Of a DNA stretch of 64,000 bases, positions 1 to 11,091 are shown one piece after another. The DNA is taken from NCBI GenBank assembly GCA_030390025.1, contig CM059451.1, positions 2,108,001 through 2,172,000 on the forward strand, written 5' to 3'. A program made the translations under genes and the position numbers. A model generated the notes under the pieces. It was not told the origin of the DNA. It made no database searches and was given only the letters and a program-made list of their open reading frames with translations. Every line of letters starts with the position of its first letter. Position 1 is the stretch's first letter. Source of the stretch: Squalus acanthias (lineage: Eukaryota).

Positions 1-270
1 AACTGAGATGAGGAGGAATTTCTTCTCTCAGAGGGTTGTAAATCTGTGGAATTCTCTGCCCCAGAGAGCCATGGAGGCTGGGTCATTGAATACATTTAAG
101 GTGGAGATAGACAGATTTTTGCAAGATAAGGGAGTGAAGGGTTATGGGGAGCGGGCGGGGAAGTGGCTTTGAGCCCAAGATCAGCCATGATCTCATTGAA
201 TGGCGGAGCAGGCTTGAGGGGCCAAGTGGCCTATTCCTGCTCCTATTTCTTATGTTCGTATGTTCTTATA
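1..270 (+). mobile_element. CR1 LINE 3' end (ORF2 C-terminus + type A 3' UTR)
   Basis: Encodes TEMRRNFFSQRVVNLWNSLPQ; tail gaatggcggagcaggcttgaggggcc...ttatgttc repeats. Confidence 0.9.
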
Positions 271-457
271 AACCTCTCCGCCTCTCCACCTCTCTCTCCT
301 CCTTTAAGACGCTGCTTAAAACCTACCGCTTTAACCAAGTTTTTGGTCACCTGTCCTAATATCTCATGTGGCTCGGTGTTTGATAATCGCCCCTGTGAAT
401 CACCTTGGGATGTTTTACTACGTTAAAGGCGCTGTATAAATGCAAATTGTTGATGAT
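271..457 (+). mobile_element. L2-like LINE 3' fragment
   Basis: KPLRLSTSLSSFKTLLKT; tail ttaaaggcgctgtataaatgcaa, matching copies at 8363-8752 and 59410-59735. Confidence 0.75.
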
Positions 458-970
458 GTCTCAGGTCACCCTCAGCCAAGCAACTTGCCCTCAGGTTTAC
501 GCTGACCGTGTCTAGTTTACTTATCGGCGACTTTGAGAAGAAATCCCTTTTGCACAAGTCATGAAGCATCCTACAGTCTGGCCTGTCCTCTCTCTACTGC
601 CGCAACTTTCATCAATTGATGATGTTGAACTATTACCCCATTGGAAACTGGGGGGAGACTGCCAAACTCATTACTGTTAACAGCCATCTAGTATCCATCT
701 AGTCCCAGGTGTGTGCCCAGAGGTAAAAGTCCTTGGTAGTACTCAGTTGCAGTATAAATGGACCTGGAGTTCCAACCATTACCCTTACTGATGGTTGGCG
801 TCTTTTGTTGGCACCTTCTGAGCATGAGGCTAACCTGGCCTCCAGCAGTATTAGTCAGTCTTCAAATCAATTAGATCACACTTTAAACAAATGAATTTGC
901 ATTTCGTTTCCCAGCTGGAACTTCATTTCAAGAACCAATCTGTTTACTGTAAAATGTTTCAAAGACAATA

Positions 971-1734
971 GGGCCAGAAATTCCACTTTCTGGCTTCCTG
1001 CGGGTGCAAGGATCGCGCGCGTACTTACCTACCGCGCCTGCTGTTGTGCTTTGGGCCCACGAGGAATTCGGCTCCTGGGCCTCCTGCAGCTGCCGGCGCG
1101 CAGTGCTTGCGTATCCCAGGGGCGCAGTTAGTTCAAAGCATCCCCTGGGATCACATGGGCCATGGAGAGCCAATCCTAGCAGGGAATTTTCATTCATAGA
1201 TTTGACAGCAAGACCTGTCAAATCTATGAATAGAGATCGGCCCCAAAACCACACTTAAACTTCAAATAAATTTTTTTAAAAACATCACATTTTTAAAATA
1301 ACTATAAGTTAAATAAATTAACTACTTCAAACAAAAATTTTAATTTTTGAAAAAATTAATTATACTTTTTAACGGTGCTAAAAATAAACTTACCTTTCTT
1401 TAAAGTATCTAAAAAAGATAAACCTGTTGAAAAATTTTAAAAATTGTAATTAATTAACCACTTACCTTGTTAAAAACAGGCCTTGCGCCTCCTTTTTAAA
1501 AGTGCAGCTTCTTCATACTTACCTTCCCGGAGAAACCTGAAAAAAACCTGAAGTTCGCTGCGTGCGCGCTGCCTCTCCCGTGCACGCGTTCGACTTCTGA
1601 ACCCCACCCTTCAGGGGAACGGAAGTTCCGGTTTCCCGCGCATGCGCAGTGCATGCAGGATACCGGCACTTCAGATGGCCTTACGGGTGAGTACACAGCG
1701 CGTACTCACCCGACAACAGCTGAATTTCTGGCCC
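971..1734. mobile_element. Non-autonomous PIF/Harbinger element (family A)
   Basis: Perfect 12-bp TIR gggccagaaatt/aatttctggccc; 3-bp flanks ata/att; CpG-rich arms with AT-rich centre. Confidence 0.8.
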
Positions 1735-1776
1735 ATTATTACTTTGTAATTACTGTAAAGCCGGATGACAAAGTCA

Positions 1777-1912
1777 TTAAGGCCTTGCAGGGTGTGTTTT
1801 CTAGATCCTGGAGGACCTCTCATCCTTGGCATCATTGGTGCTCTCATTCCTGGAGGAATTCCCATGGGAACCCCTCTGCCAGAAGGCATCCCCATGAGGT
1901 GGTCCAAATGAG
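1777..1912 (-). pseudogene. SNRPB: Decayed processed fragment resembling the SmB/B' (SNRPB/SNRPN) C-terminus
   Basis: GPP/MGMPSGRGVPMGIPPGMRAPMMPRMRGPPG then frameshifted PARP-stop, versus SmB' [41 protein letters not shown]-stop. Confidence 0.6.
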
Positions 1913-2566
1913 CTGAAACAATCACCTTCAACAACATGTTTTGGAAGGGATGAGGTGGGGTTGGATTGAAGTATTTCTACATTTACTACCCTTTCCCTTG
2001 CTGTTCTTTCTGCTTCTCCTGATGATGCGCACTATAACCTGGCCAAAATGGCTGTTCCCATGTCTCTGGCAATGCCAATCTTGAACTGGCCCCAAAGAGG
2101 TGCATGAGTGTGTCCTGGGGTGAGTTGTCCTTCAGCACTCCTTTCTGTGTGGCAGTGACCCCTGTTGAGCACTTTCACCCAATAATGACTAACGTTTGGG
2201 AAGTCACTATGTGGAGAGTTCTGTTCCACTCACCTGGCAGTGTATGGCACAGATTGGACTGCCAGTGCACCGTGCCAACATCAAAGAACCATCTTAAATT
2301 CCAATTTGAAATGCACTGACAACCTGAGTTTCTTTAACCCTTTAGATCAGAGTCTTCGTGATCACCTACAATTTATAGGACCTGTGGTTGAATTTTTAGG
2401 AATAGGGAAAGGTCATTCAGAGATCAGCCCTGCTTACCTGCTGTAGAGCAGTTCAACAAGACAACTAACATGTTAATGATTAAAGTAAAACTAGCTACAC
2501 ACAGTAACAAGGCAGTAAGTACAAAAGATGGATATTACCCCAATCTTTTGGAGAACAGGTAATCAC

Positions 2567-3232
2567 GGCCTAGAGTTTCCGCTCGGTTGCATTGGTATTT
2601 CTAGCGCAATTCGCCCGAAATCGGCCAAACCAGCGCCAAAGATCGAGGAATTTCAGGCGCAAATTACATCCCGCGCAAATCGCGTTTCCGCGATCTTTTG
2701 CGCTGGTTTAAAAAAAAGTCGTGTGAGAAGCCGGCCCCGCCCACAGATCGAATTAATCACCATGGCGAGTTTCCGCTAATTGTGCCCGTTTGTGGGCCTT
2801 CGAAGGGGCTCTTAAAATTAAGCCTTTTTTGTTAGGTGCAAATTTCAATATATTTTTTTAATTTACTAAGAAACTGACTAGTGTACACCAATGTAACTAG
2901 TAAATGGTTCGGTATAGTTTTTTGAAGTCATTTTCAGTTATTTAAAATCAGGGTGGTGCACTGGACACTCTGATTAAAAATGCTTATTTTTTGTGATCAA
3001 CCCATTTTCAGTTGTTTTACTAAAACTGCGCCCAGTTACCACGCTTCAGCACATCAAGGAATATTTTTTAATGCAAAGATTCTTTTTTAATTACATTCCG
3101 AACTGCTGCCCAATTGGACTGGCTCATGGGAGCGGAAACCGGAGCGAAAGATCCGCTTCGCAAAATGAGCGCAATTTTGAGCGCAATTTGCGCCCGGGTC
3201 GCCGATTGCGCCCAAAGCCGAAACTCTTGGCT
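2567..3232. mobile_element. Non-autonomous PIF/Harbinger element (family D)
   Basis: TIR ggcctagagtttc/gaaactcttggct; TSD cac/cat; repeated gcgcaa(a)t motifs in both arms. Confidence 0.7.
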
Positions 3233-3409
3233 CATGCCTTGAAGCTCTTTGCACGTGGTTATCACATCATCCATCCTCAGTCCATCAGTGACACTGCAGC
3301 CCATTTAACCCACATTTGGTCCGGCTTCCATTCTGTTCCTCCCTGACTCTTTTCAGCCGTTTCCCAGCAGCCACGACTTCAAACAAACATGCAGGAAAAC
3401 AGTCTGGGA

Positions 3410-3640
3410 TCACACTACCTTCTTGCCATATCACTCAATCCCTTCTCTCCAGAAGTATCTCTAATTCTTGAACTCATTTAGATTATCTGTTGTGATGTCC
3501 TTCCTTGATAACTTATTCCATGGCTCTGTTACCCTGCGGGTGAAATACTTTCCCCTGACTTCCCTTCTTACTCTTAACTTTCTCATATCTCAACTTCCAC
3601 TGGAATTGGAGCCCGTCACCTCAGTGAACAGTTTGCCTGG
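3410..3640 (-). mobile_element. Old CR1 ORF2 C-terminal relic
   Basis: Minus strand reads RGKYFTRRVTEPWNKL, a degenerate form of RNFFTQRVVNLWNSL. Confidence 0.55.
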
Positions 3641-3746
3641 ATCATTTTGTCAATTCCCTACATACCTGCGATTGAAGCGTCAATCCCGTGGGACTCTCTT
3701 AAGGATCTGTTTGAACTTCCAATATTGATAACTTGAACTTCCTCCA

Positions 3747-4172
3747 AGAAAGAAAGGCTTGCATTTCTATAGCGCCTTTCATGATCTCTGGATGTCCCAA
3801 AGCGCTTTACAGTCAATGAAGCACTTTTGAAGTGTAGTCACTGTTGTAATGTAGGAAACGCGGCAGCCAATTTGTGCGCAGCAAGCTCCCACAAACAGCA
3901 ATGTGATAATGACCAGACAATCTGTTTTAGTGATGTTGGTTGGGAGATTAACTATTGGCCCAGGACACCGGGGAGAACTCCCCTGGTCTTCTCCAAATCG
4001 TGCCATGGGATCTTTTACATCCACCTGAGAGAGCAGACGGGGCCTCGGTTTAAGGTCTCATCTGAAAGACGGCACCTCCAACAGTGCAGCACTCCCTCAG
4101 TACTGCACTGTAGTGTCAGCCTAGATTTATTTTGTACTCAAGTCTCTGGAGTGGGACTTGAACCCATGACTC
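3747..4172 (-). mobile_element. tRNA-derived Deu-domain SINE (SacSINE1-like)
   Basis: B-box ggttcaagtccc, Deu core gccgtctttcagatgagaccttaaaccgaggccccgtctgc, tail aaaggcgctatagaaatgcaag. Confidence 0.85.
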
Positions 4173-4465
4173 TAAGTCAGACATGGGGACCTTGGAAGTA
4201 ACATCTGTTGTATTTTATCTAACCAACTCTTTCTTTTATTACTGCTGGGCTCTGAAAGGTGAAGAGCACCTATAACCAGCATCCAACTTGATGCTCTTCT
4301 GCATGCATCTGTGAATCTAAGTTTAAGCCTGTAGTCTTGCTTGGGTTGGCTATTGGAGTTTGGGATAAAATTTGAGAACCACTAGGGTACTAGATATGGT
4401 TTATTACGCTTGGCTTCTCTGTCCTTATTAATAACTGCAATCAAAATGTTTGCTCCATTCCCTAG

Positions 4466-4606
4466 GTCATGTCACTATTGTAAACTACCTCCTGAATTAT
4501 TATAGTGGGATGAACATTGAAATGAGGGACACACGAGGATTTACTGCTTTAATAAAGGCGGCCATGCAGGGAAAAGCAGAATGTGTTGCTTCATTAATAA
4601 TGGCAG
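4466..4606 (+). CDS. ANKRD33: ANKRD33 (PANKY) penultimate coding exon, ankyrin repeat
   Basis: ccctag|GT...GCAG|gttagt; 141 bp, phase 1-1; [48 protein letters not shown]; splices in frame to 12817. Confidence 0.93.
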
Positions 4607-4843
4607 GTTAGTGTCTTTCTTTAATGATTTTAAGTTTTTGCTCCAGTTTTAAAAAGGAACTTGGACTCCATTAAGCACTCTTCCAGAATACAGGTGATGT
4701 AAGAGAGGGTTCAAATTGGGTAATAGTGGAATAACCCGTTCACTCCATCAATGAGAAATAATTAGTAATCTACAAGCAACAAAGAGGGAGACAGAAGTAC
4801 GCCATGGGTTGACTCTACCAAGAGCCATTTAAGAGATGTGGGA

Positions 4844-4942
4844 GAGGGTTGTCACTGGGCTGTGAGGGAGAGTGGTGAGGGTTGTCACTGGGCTGTGAGG
4901 GAGAGTGGCGAGGGTTGTCACTGGGCTGTGAGGGAGAGTGGC
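4844..4942. repeat. 33-bp tandem repeat x3
   Basis: Unit gagggttgtcactgggctgtgagggagagtgg(t/c). Confidence 0.9.
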
Positions 4943-6207
4943 ACAGGATAAATCTCTCCTAGTAGCATGAAGAAGGTTGTGCAGAGTGCCAAGTATAAAC
5001 AGTAAATGTTGAATTGTCTTTTACTCTGATTGTTGTTATTCCCTTTCTTAAACCACCTCATCTTCACTCAACACTTCTCTTGTTGGCCCAAATGCAATTT
5101 AAAACTCACTCTGCAGGAATCACTTGGAAAAACCTGCATCCTCTCCATGTTGCAGCATGCCAAGGCTCTGATATGCTTGAATAGCAGGTCACTGACCAAA
5201 TATATATAGTTTAAATATAAAATGTGTTGTCCCACCCATTTCAATAAAGAGCTGGCAGAATGTCATAATGAGGAAGGTCACATTCCTTTACTGTAAGTTC
5301 AATTCGCTCAGTCTTCTGACGGTCATTTTATTAATAGCTTGCTTCCTTGCAGGTGCGAACCACTTTATTCTTCACATGAAGGGGTCAGTTTAACGCTTGT
5401 GCCATTTAACAACAAGAAGCGACATAGCTACTGTAGTTTGGGGGCTGAAACTAGGGTTGAATCAAGCTGTCCAGCTCCCAAGAGCTTTGTTAACGAGGGA
5501 GTCTACTCGTTATTCCTTTAACAGTTAAAAAGAATTACAATCGACCGTTCCTTTTGGCTTATATTCTTGACTTCCAGCAGTTCCATGGAGATCCCAGGAG
5601 GTCATTTTGACCTAACCTGCCGATATTGACTAGAATGGAGAGTAAAGTCAGGCCGGGCGTAAAAACCAGCGTGGCACCCGAAGTCGTCAGTTTCCCGATG
5701 GGCGGGTTAGGATAAAATTGGGCCCGCCCCCACCCCCCCCTGGTTCGGAGACCCACCATTGAAGCTCTCAGCTCGCACGCTGAGCTTCTGAATCGAATCC
5801 TACTATTGGCCCATAACTCGCTGTCAAAATAGCGGTGAGGCTAATGGCGCTCGCCGTTATTCATGCGCAAATGCCACGGCAACGTCAGGCGAGCGGCAGA
5901 TGTGCGGTATAAAGTTGCTGTCCCAGCTTCACGAAAACGGTATCTCGCTGTCTGGCTCACCAGTGAAAGTTGCTGTACTTGTGCGGTAGATACGAACTAA
6001 ACCTGCCGCAGAGCTGGTCTGAAGTGACACTGGTCTCGAGCCACTTACGGTCCGCGTATATTTAATTAAGCCTGGATTAAATATCAGAGCTTCTTTTAAC
6101 AATGTGCTAATTGCTAATTGCTGCCAATGAACCTCTCGGGCACTGAAAATTGTAAGTGTGGAGTCTCATTCTTTCAGGTTTTAATTGTTGGAGATTTTAA
6201 AAATGTA

Positions 6208-7102
6208 GGGGTAGAAATTAGGTCGCGCCCCATTTGGGGCGCAAATATCGTCTGGACGCAAATATTAGCGCCTGGCGCTAATTATCGGCACTGACTGGAA
6301 ACTTCACTTTTACCGCCCAAGGAGGTGAGTGGAGCGCTAAAGCAGGCGCTGCACACCTGTCTTAAGGCGCAAAGGCCGAGGAGTGAGGCGCTAACTCAGA
6401 GCGCTGGCGAAGCTCATGTAATGTCAGTCAGCAATGGAACACACACACAATGGCACGGGCCAGTTCTTAAAGGGGATGGTTAATCTTGCTTTCCATCCAC
6501 ATCCTGTTCATTGCAGCCTTGAATCTCGGCCTGGAGAGACTTGCACATCAAATGTGCTGGAAAGAACAATGGAGAGTACCAGGCAAAGAGCTCAGAGTGC
6601 AGCTCCCACAGTCTCTGCTAAATCGATACAAGGAATGGCAAATCAAAATGAACCTGCAAAGTGCTGCTCAGTACCCAAAACTCCTTCACACAACGTTGAA
6701 TCTCTCCAGAAGTCTCTCCCTCTCTCTCTCAGAATGCGTAGTTCAAAAATGCCACCAACAATAAAAGACAGGAAGAGGCCCCCTTTAAATAGCGCCCCCC
6801 CCCCAGCCCCACAGCGATTGATAGCGTTCCAGTCTTCTGGTCGTTGGATGCGCCAGGCGGTAAGGCAGGGGGCGCCACTCAATTTCCGCTCCGGGGCGCC
6901 ACAAGGGCGTTGCACCATGGAATGACGTCACAATCTGCGCGCGCAGGTGGTCGCAGCGGTAAGTTTTAGCGCCGCCGCACAATGTCAAGTTAAGTTCCCG
7001 AGCGGCGCAAACATCGCTGCGCCCGGGCGTTAGCGGCTTTGCGCCCCATTAGCGCCCTCTTAAGGCGCTAACGGGAGGCGCAACCAACTGAATTTTTACC
7101 CC
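6208..7102. mobile_element. Non-autonomous PIF/Harbinger element (family B)
   Basis: TIR ggggtagaaatt/aatttttacccc; perfect TSD GTA; homologous over its length to 47060-47920. Confidence 0.88.
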
Positions 7103-7440
7103 GTAAAGTTTAAAATTAAAACATTTATTTTTTGCGCTTCCTAGCTTTCTCTTTTTTCTCTCTCTCGCTCAATCCAATCGTTTCTTCTCTCTCTGTACCT
7201 GATTTGATATTGAATTCACCCATTCTAATTTACACTTCCTCCTCAGTCCTTGCGCTGTTAATTTCACAATCCGTCAATTTGATTGATTAAGGAGACACAC
7301 AGTCGCTCGCCCTTTTCGCTCAGGTCCCAAATGGCCGGTTACCTCCCCCTGCAACATTATCAGCTCACACTTTCAGCAACTTGCCACTCAAAATATCATC
7401 GAAATTAAACAGGAGAGGGCAAGTCTAACTAACGGCAGAT

Positions 7441-7905
7441 AAAAAGAAAAAGAAAAGACTTACATTTCTATAGCGCCTGTCACAACCACCGGACGTCCCA
7501 AAGTGCTTTACAGCCAATGACGTACTTTTTGAAGTGTAGTCACTGTTGTAATGTAGGAAACGCGGCAGACAATTTGTGCACAGCAAGCTCCCACAAACAG
7601 CAATGTGATAATGACCAGATAATCTGTTTTAGTGATGTTGGTTGAGGAATAAATATTGGCCGGGACGAACTCCCCCTGCTCTTTTTCGAAATAGTGGCCA
7701 TAGGATCTTTTACATCCACCTGAGAGGGCAGACAGAGCCTTGATTTAACGTCTCTGCCGAAAGATGGTACCTCAGACAGTGCAGCGCTCCCTCAGCACTG
7801 CACTGGAGTGTCAGCCTAGATTATGTGCTCAAGTCCCTGGAGTGGGACTTGAACCCATGACCTCTGACTCAGAGGTGAGGGTGCTGCCCACTGAGCCTCA
7901 GCTGA
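7441..7905 (-). mobile_element. Full-length SacSINE1-like Deu SINE
   Basis: tRNA head (ggctcagtggg...ggttcaagtccc), Deu core, L2-like tail with (cttttt)n. Confidence 0.88.
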
Positions 7906-8027
7906 CGATGCTGTTAGATTCACTCCGACGGTGAATTATGGCCCAATATAAAAACAAAACTACTGATGTTTGGAGTAGCTTTATTGCTGTAATAACCATA
8001 ACTAACATGGCCTCTTTTGATTTGTGT

Positions 8028-8362
8028 TACAACAACTTACATTTATCTAGCGCCTTTAACATAGTAAAACGTCCCAAGGTGCCTCACAGGAGCGTTACCA
8101 AACAGAATTTGACACCGAGCCACATAAGGAGATATTAGGACAGGTGACCAAAAGCTTGGTCAGAGAGGTCGGTTTTAAGGGACATCTTAAAGGAGGAAAG
8201 AGAGGTAGAGAGGCGGAGAGGTTTAGGGAGGGAATTCCAGAGCTTAGGGCCGAGGCAGCTGAAGGCACGGCCGCCAATGGTGGAGCGATGGAAATCGGGG
8301 ATGCGCAAGGGGCCAGAATGGGAGGAGTGCAGAGATCTCGGGGGGCTGTAGAGCTGGAGGAG
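8028..8362 (-). mobile_element. L2-like LINE 3' fragment
   Basis: IGGRAFSCLGPKLWNSLPKPLRLSTSLSSFK; (gtt)n tail. Confidence 0.85.
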
Positions 8363-8752
8363 ACTAAAATTCTCATCCTTGTTTTCAAATCCCTCCATGG
8401 CCTCGCCCCTCCCTACCTCTGTAACCTTCTCCAGCCCCACAGCCCTCCGAGATCTCCGCGCTCCTCCAATTTTGGCCTCTTGCGCAATCCCCGATTTCCA
8501 TCGCTCCACCATTGGCGGCCGTGCCTTCAGCTGCCTGGGCCCTAAGCTCTGGAATTCCCTCCCTAAACCTCTCCGCCTCTCTACCTCTCTCTCCTCCTTT
8601 AACATGCTTCTTAAAACCTCCCTCTTTGACCAAGCTTGTCCTCATTTCTCCTTATGTGGCTCGGTGACAAATTTTGTTCGATAACGCTCCTGTGAAGCGC
8701 CTTGGAACGTTTTACTACATTAAAGGTGCTGTATAAATGCAAGTTGTTGTTG
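8363..8752 (+). mobile_element. L2-like LINE 3' fragment, inverted relative to its neighbour
   Basis: KILILVFKSLHGLAPPYL...IGGRAFSCLGPKLWNSLP; tail aaatgcaagttgttgttg. Confidence 0.85.
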
Positions 8753-10044
8753 CTATGTACACCATAGGACCCCACTTCTTGTATAGTAATGAGGCTCCCG
8801 CCTGATTCAGGCAGCTGCCTGGGCCGCCTAGCAGAAGGCCCGAGTCAACATGGCAGTGGAGCGGGAAAAGGGGGCGGTGTGTTCGCCACAGCCATTTTAA
8901 CCCCGCGTTTTCACCGAGTTCAAATCGTCTCTATTCGTGCACAAGTGCTGCCACTGTGCCTCATCTTTGCCAAGCCACCGAGAAAAGGTTTGGTAAAGAC
9001 TTTGTTCACCCCGTCAGCCTTCGACGGCCTCTCATTTCCGAATGAATAAGTTCTGACTGCGTCCCAAGGTGCCTGTGAGCCAGCTGCTTATAAGGCCCAG
9101 TTTGTTATCCAGCTCTCAAACCTGGTCTACATTCTAGCTGAGCTATACCTGGCCTGGAAGCACTTGTTGCTGACACTGGGTGACAAAGGCCGAAGTGTTG
9201 CATTCCCCAGCACGATCACCTTGATCAGCAGAAAAGTAACCCCCAAAAAATGTTTTAAAAGAAAATAAATTGATCAGAAGAAGGGATCATGAGGATCGCA
9301 CTTCTGAGCCTAGAACCAGATGAGAGATTTGACCTTTTTAGTCGTAGCTTTGTTCGATCAACTCCCATCAAGAGTAGTTCATACTCTCTCAATTAACTTC
9401 TGTCGGACAGCCAAACGAGTGATTAAGAAGGGCACTGCAGGTTCTGTGGATGATTCAGAGATAGGGATCAAATGGTCGACAAAACACAATCCAATCTAAT
9501 TAGAGTTGAATAATTGGCTTGTAATGTTGGACTGATATCCTGGAGTCTTCATTTAATTATCTTGAGGGTCAGGGAGAAATTTCAGAGTCTTCCCTTGGAG
9601 GCTTTACCTGCGATCCATCACACTGAGTGGATTAAACAGACTGGGGAGAGTGCCTGACTCTACAAATTACACATGTTGCATTGGAAGGAGTGGGCGCTGA
9701 TTTGAATACCCGTTCAGTGAATAGCTCGTTTATCACTTTGTTTCATTTATCAGGAAGATTCTCCTCACGCTTTAAATGCAACTTCATGCGTCCACATAAG
9801 TTTCACTCTCTCACTTCAAGGAGTCTCTGATTCAGTGACTAAGCTAAGATTAAATTAAGCTCTACTTCGTCGCATTCTCTATTTGCGTGGATCTTTAAAA
9901 AGTTTTCTATAACTGATTCACGACCTCGTGAGGGGCACCAGTCCACTACAGTCGCTAGCCCGAGTGTCCAATGGTGTGAAGGTGCCACAACTCTATTAAC
10001 AGGCAGCAGTACCTTGATAATCACTCAAACATTGCGGGTTTGAG

Positions 10045-10432
10045 AGTGAGTTGAGAGGAGATTTGATCGAGGTGTTCAAAATCATGAGGGGTCTGGACAG
10101 AGTAGATAGAGAGAAACTATTCCCATTGCCGGAAGGGTCGAGAACCAGAGGACACAGAACCAAAGGCGACATGAGGAAAAACTTTTTTACGCAGCGAGTG
10201 ATCAGGATCTGGAATGCACTGCCTGAGAGGGTGGTGGAGGCAGATTCAATCGTGCCTTTCAAAAGGGATTTGGATAAGTACCTGAAGGAAAAAAATTTGC
10301 AGGGCTACGGGAAGAGGGCGGGGGAGTGGGACTGGCTGAAGTGCTCTTGCAGAGAGCCGGCACGGGCTCGACAGGCCGAATGGCCTCCTTCCGTGCTGTA
10401 ACCATTCTATGATTCTATGATTCTAATGATTC
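10045..10432 (+). mobile_element. CR1 3' fragment
   Basis: RGDLIEVFKIMRGLDRVD...RKNFFTQRVIRIWNALP; (attctatg)n tail typical of CR1. Confidence 0.9.
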
Positions 10433-10639
10433 TAATGACTTACTACTGTTATATTCCGGCATGAAGTTCAAATACAGCAGGCAGCTCAGCTTCAACCTGC
10501 TACCTGTTTGACACTGATTCAACGAGTGAGTTAAGACTTTCTAATTCAAAGGGCGTTGCATTCTCTCCTTTAGCTGTGAGCTCATCAGTCATTGACGGGT
10601 GGGAAAAAATAGGGTTCTTAGCTCCCTGATAGCCTAATG

Positions 10640-11022
10640 TCAGTTTGGCCTTGTTGGTAGCACTCTCATCTATTGAGTCAGCAGGTCATGGGTTCAGGAC
10701 CCACTATGGATAACAGCATGTTATCTAAGTTGACACTTCAGGACAGCACTGAGGGAGAGCTACAATTTTCAGTCATGCTATCGTCCAGATGAGATGCCCT
10801 GCTCTGGTGGATGTAAAGGATCCCACGGCACTATTCCTCCCTAAACCAACACCACTAAAAAATGGACTAACTGGTCATTCATTCATTTGCTGCTGTACAT
10901 AAATTGGCAACCATGTTTGTCGACATAATATAAGTGAACTGCAGTAATCCATTGGTTGTAAAAAACTTAGGCACGTCCTCAGGGTCTGATGAGGCACTGT
11001 ATCAATGCAAGTTCTTTCTTCA
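10640..11022 (+). mobile_element. Old, diverged Deu-domain SINE
   Basis: ttggtagcactctc...ggttcagg...ggtggatgtaaaggatcccacggcactatt...caatgcaagttctttc. Confidence 0.65.
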
Positions 11023-11091
11023 GTAATAAATAACAACGGAAAACGCTGGAAACACTCAGCAGGTCAGGCAGCATCTGTGGAGAGAGAAACA

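Larger units (their letters stand above)
5808..7944. mobile_element. Older non-autonomous Harbinger-like element hosting two nested insertions
   Basis: Imperfect TIR ggcccataactcgctgtc / gacggtgaattatggccc; contains 6208-7102 and 7441-7905. Confidence 0.6.

Noticed and set aside
1970-2330. Coding-looking minus-strand stretch next to the SNRPB-like fragment
   Set aside because: Stops in the candidate frames and no protein family I can recognise.
6434-6925. 163-aa ORF with a homologue at 47285-47947
   Set aside because: Lies inside a non-autonomous Harbinger element; the second copy has a stop, and no Myb or transposase motif is recognisable.
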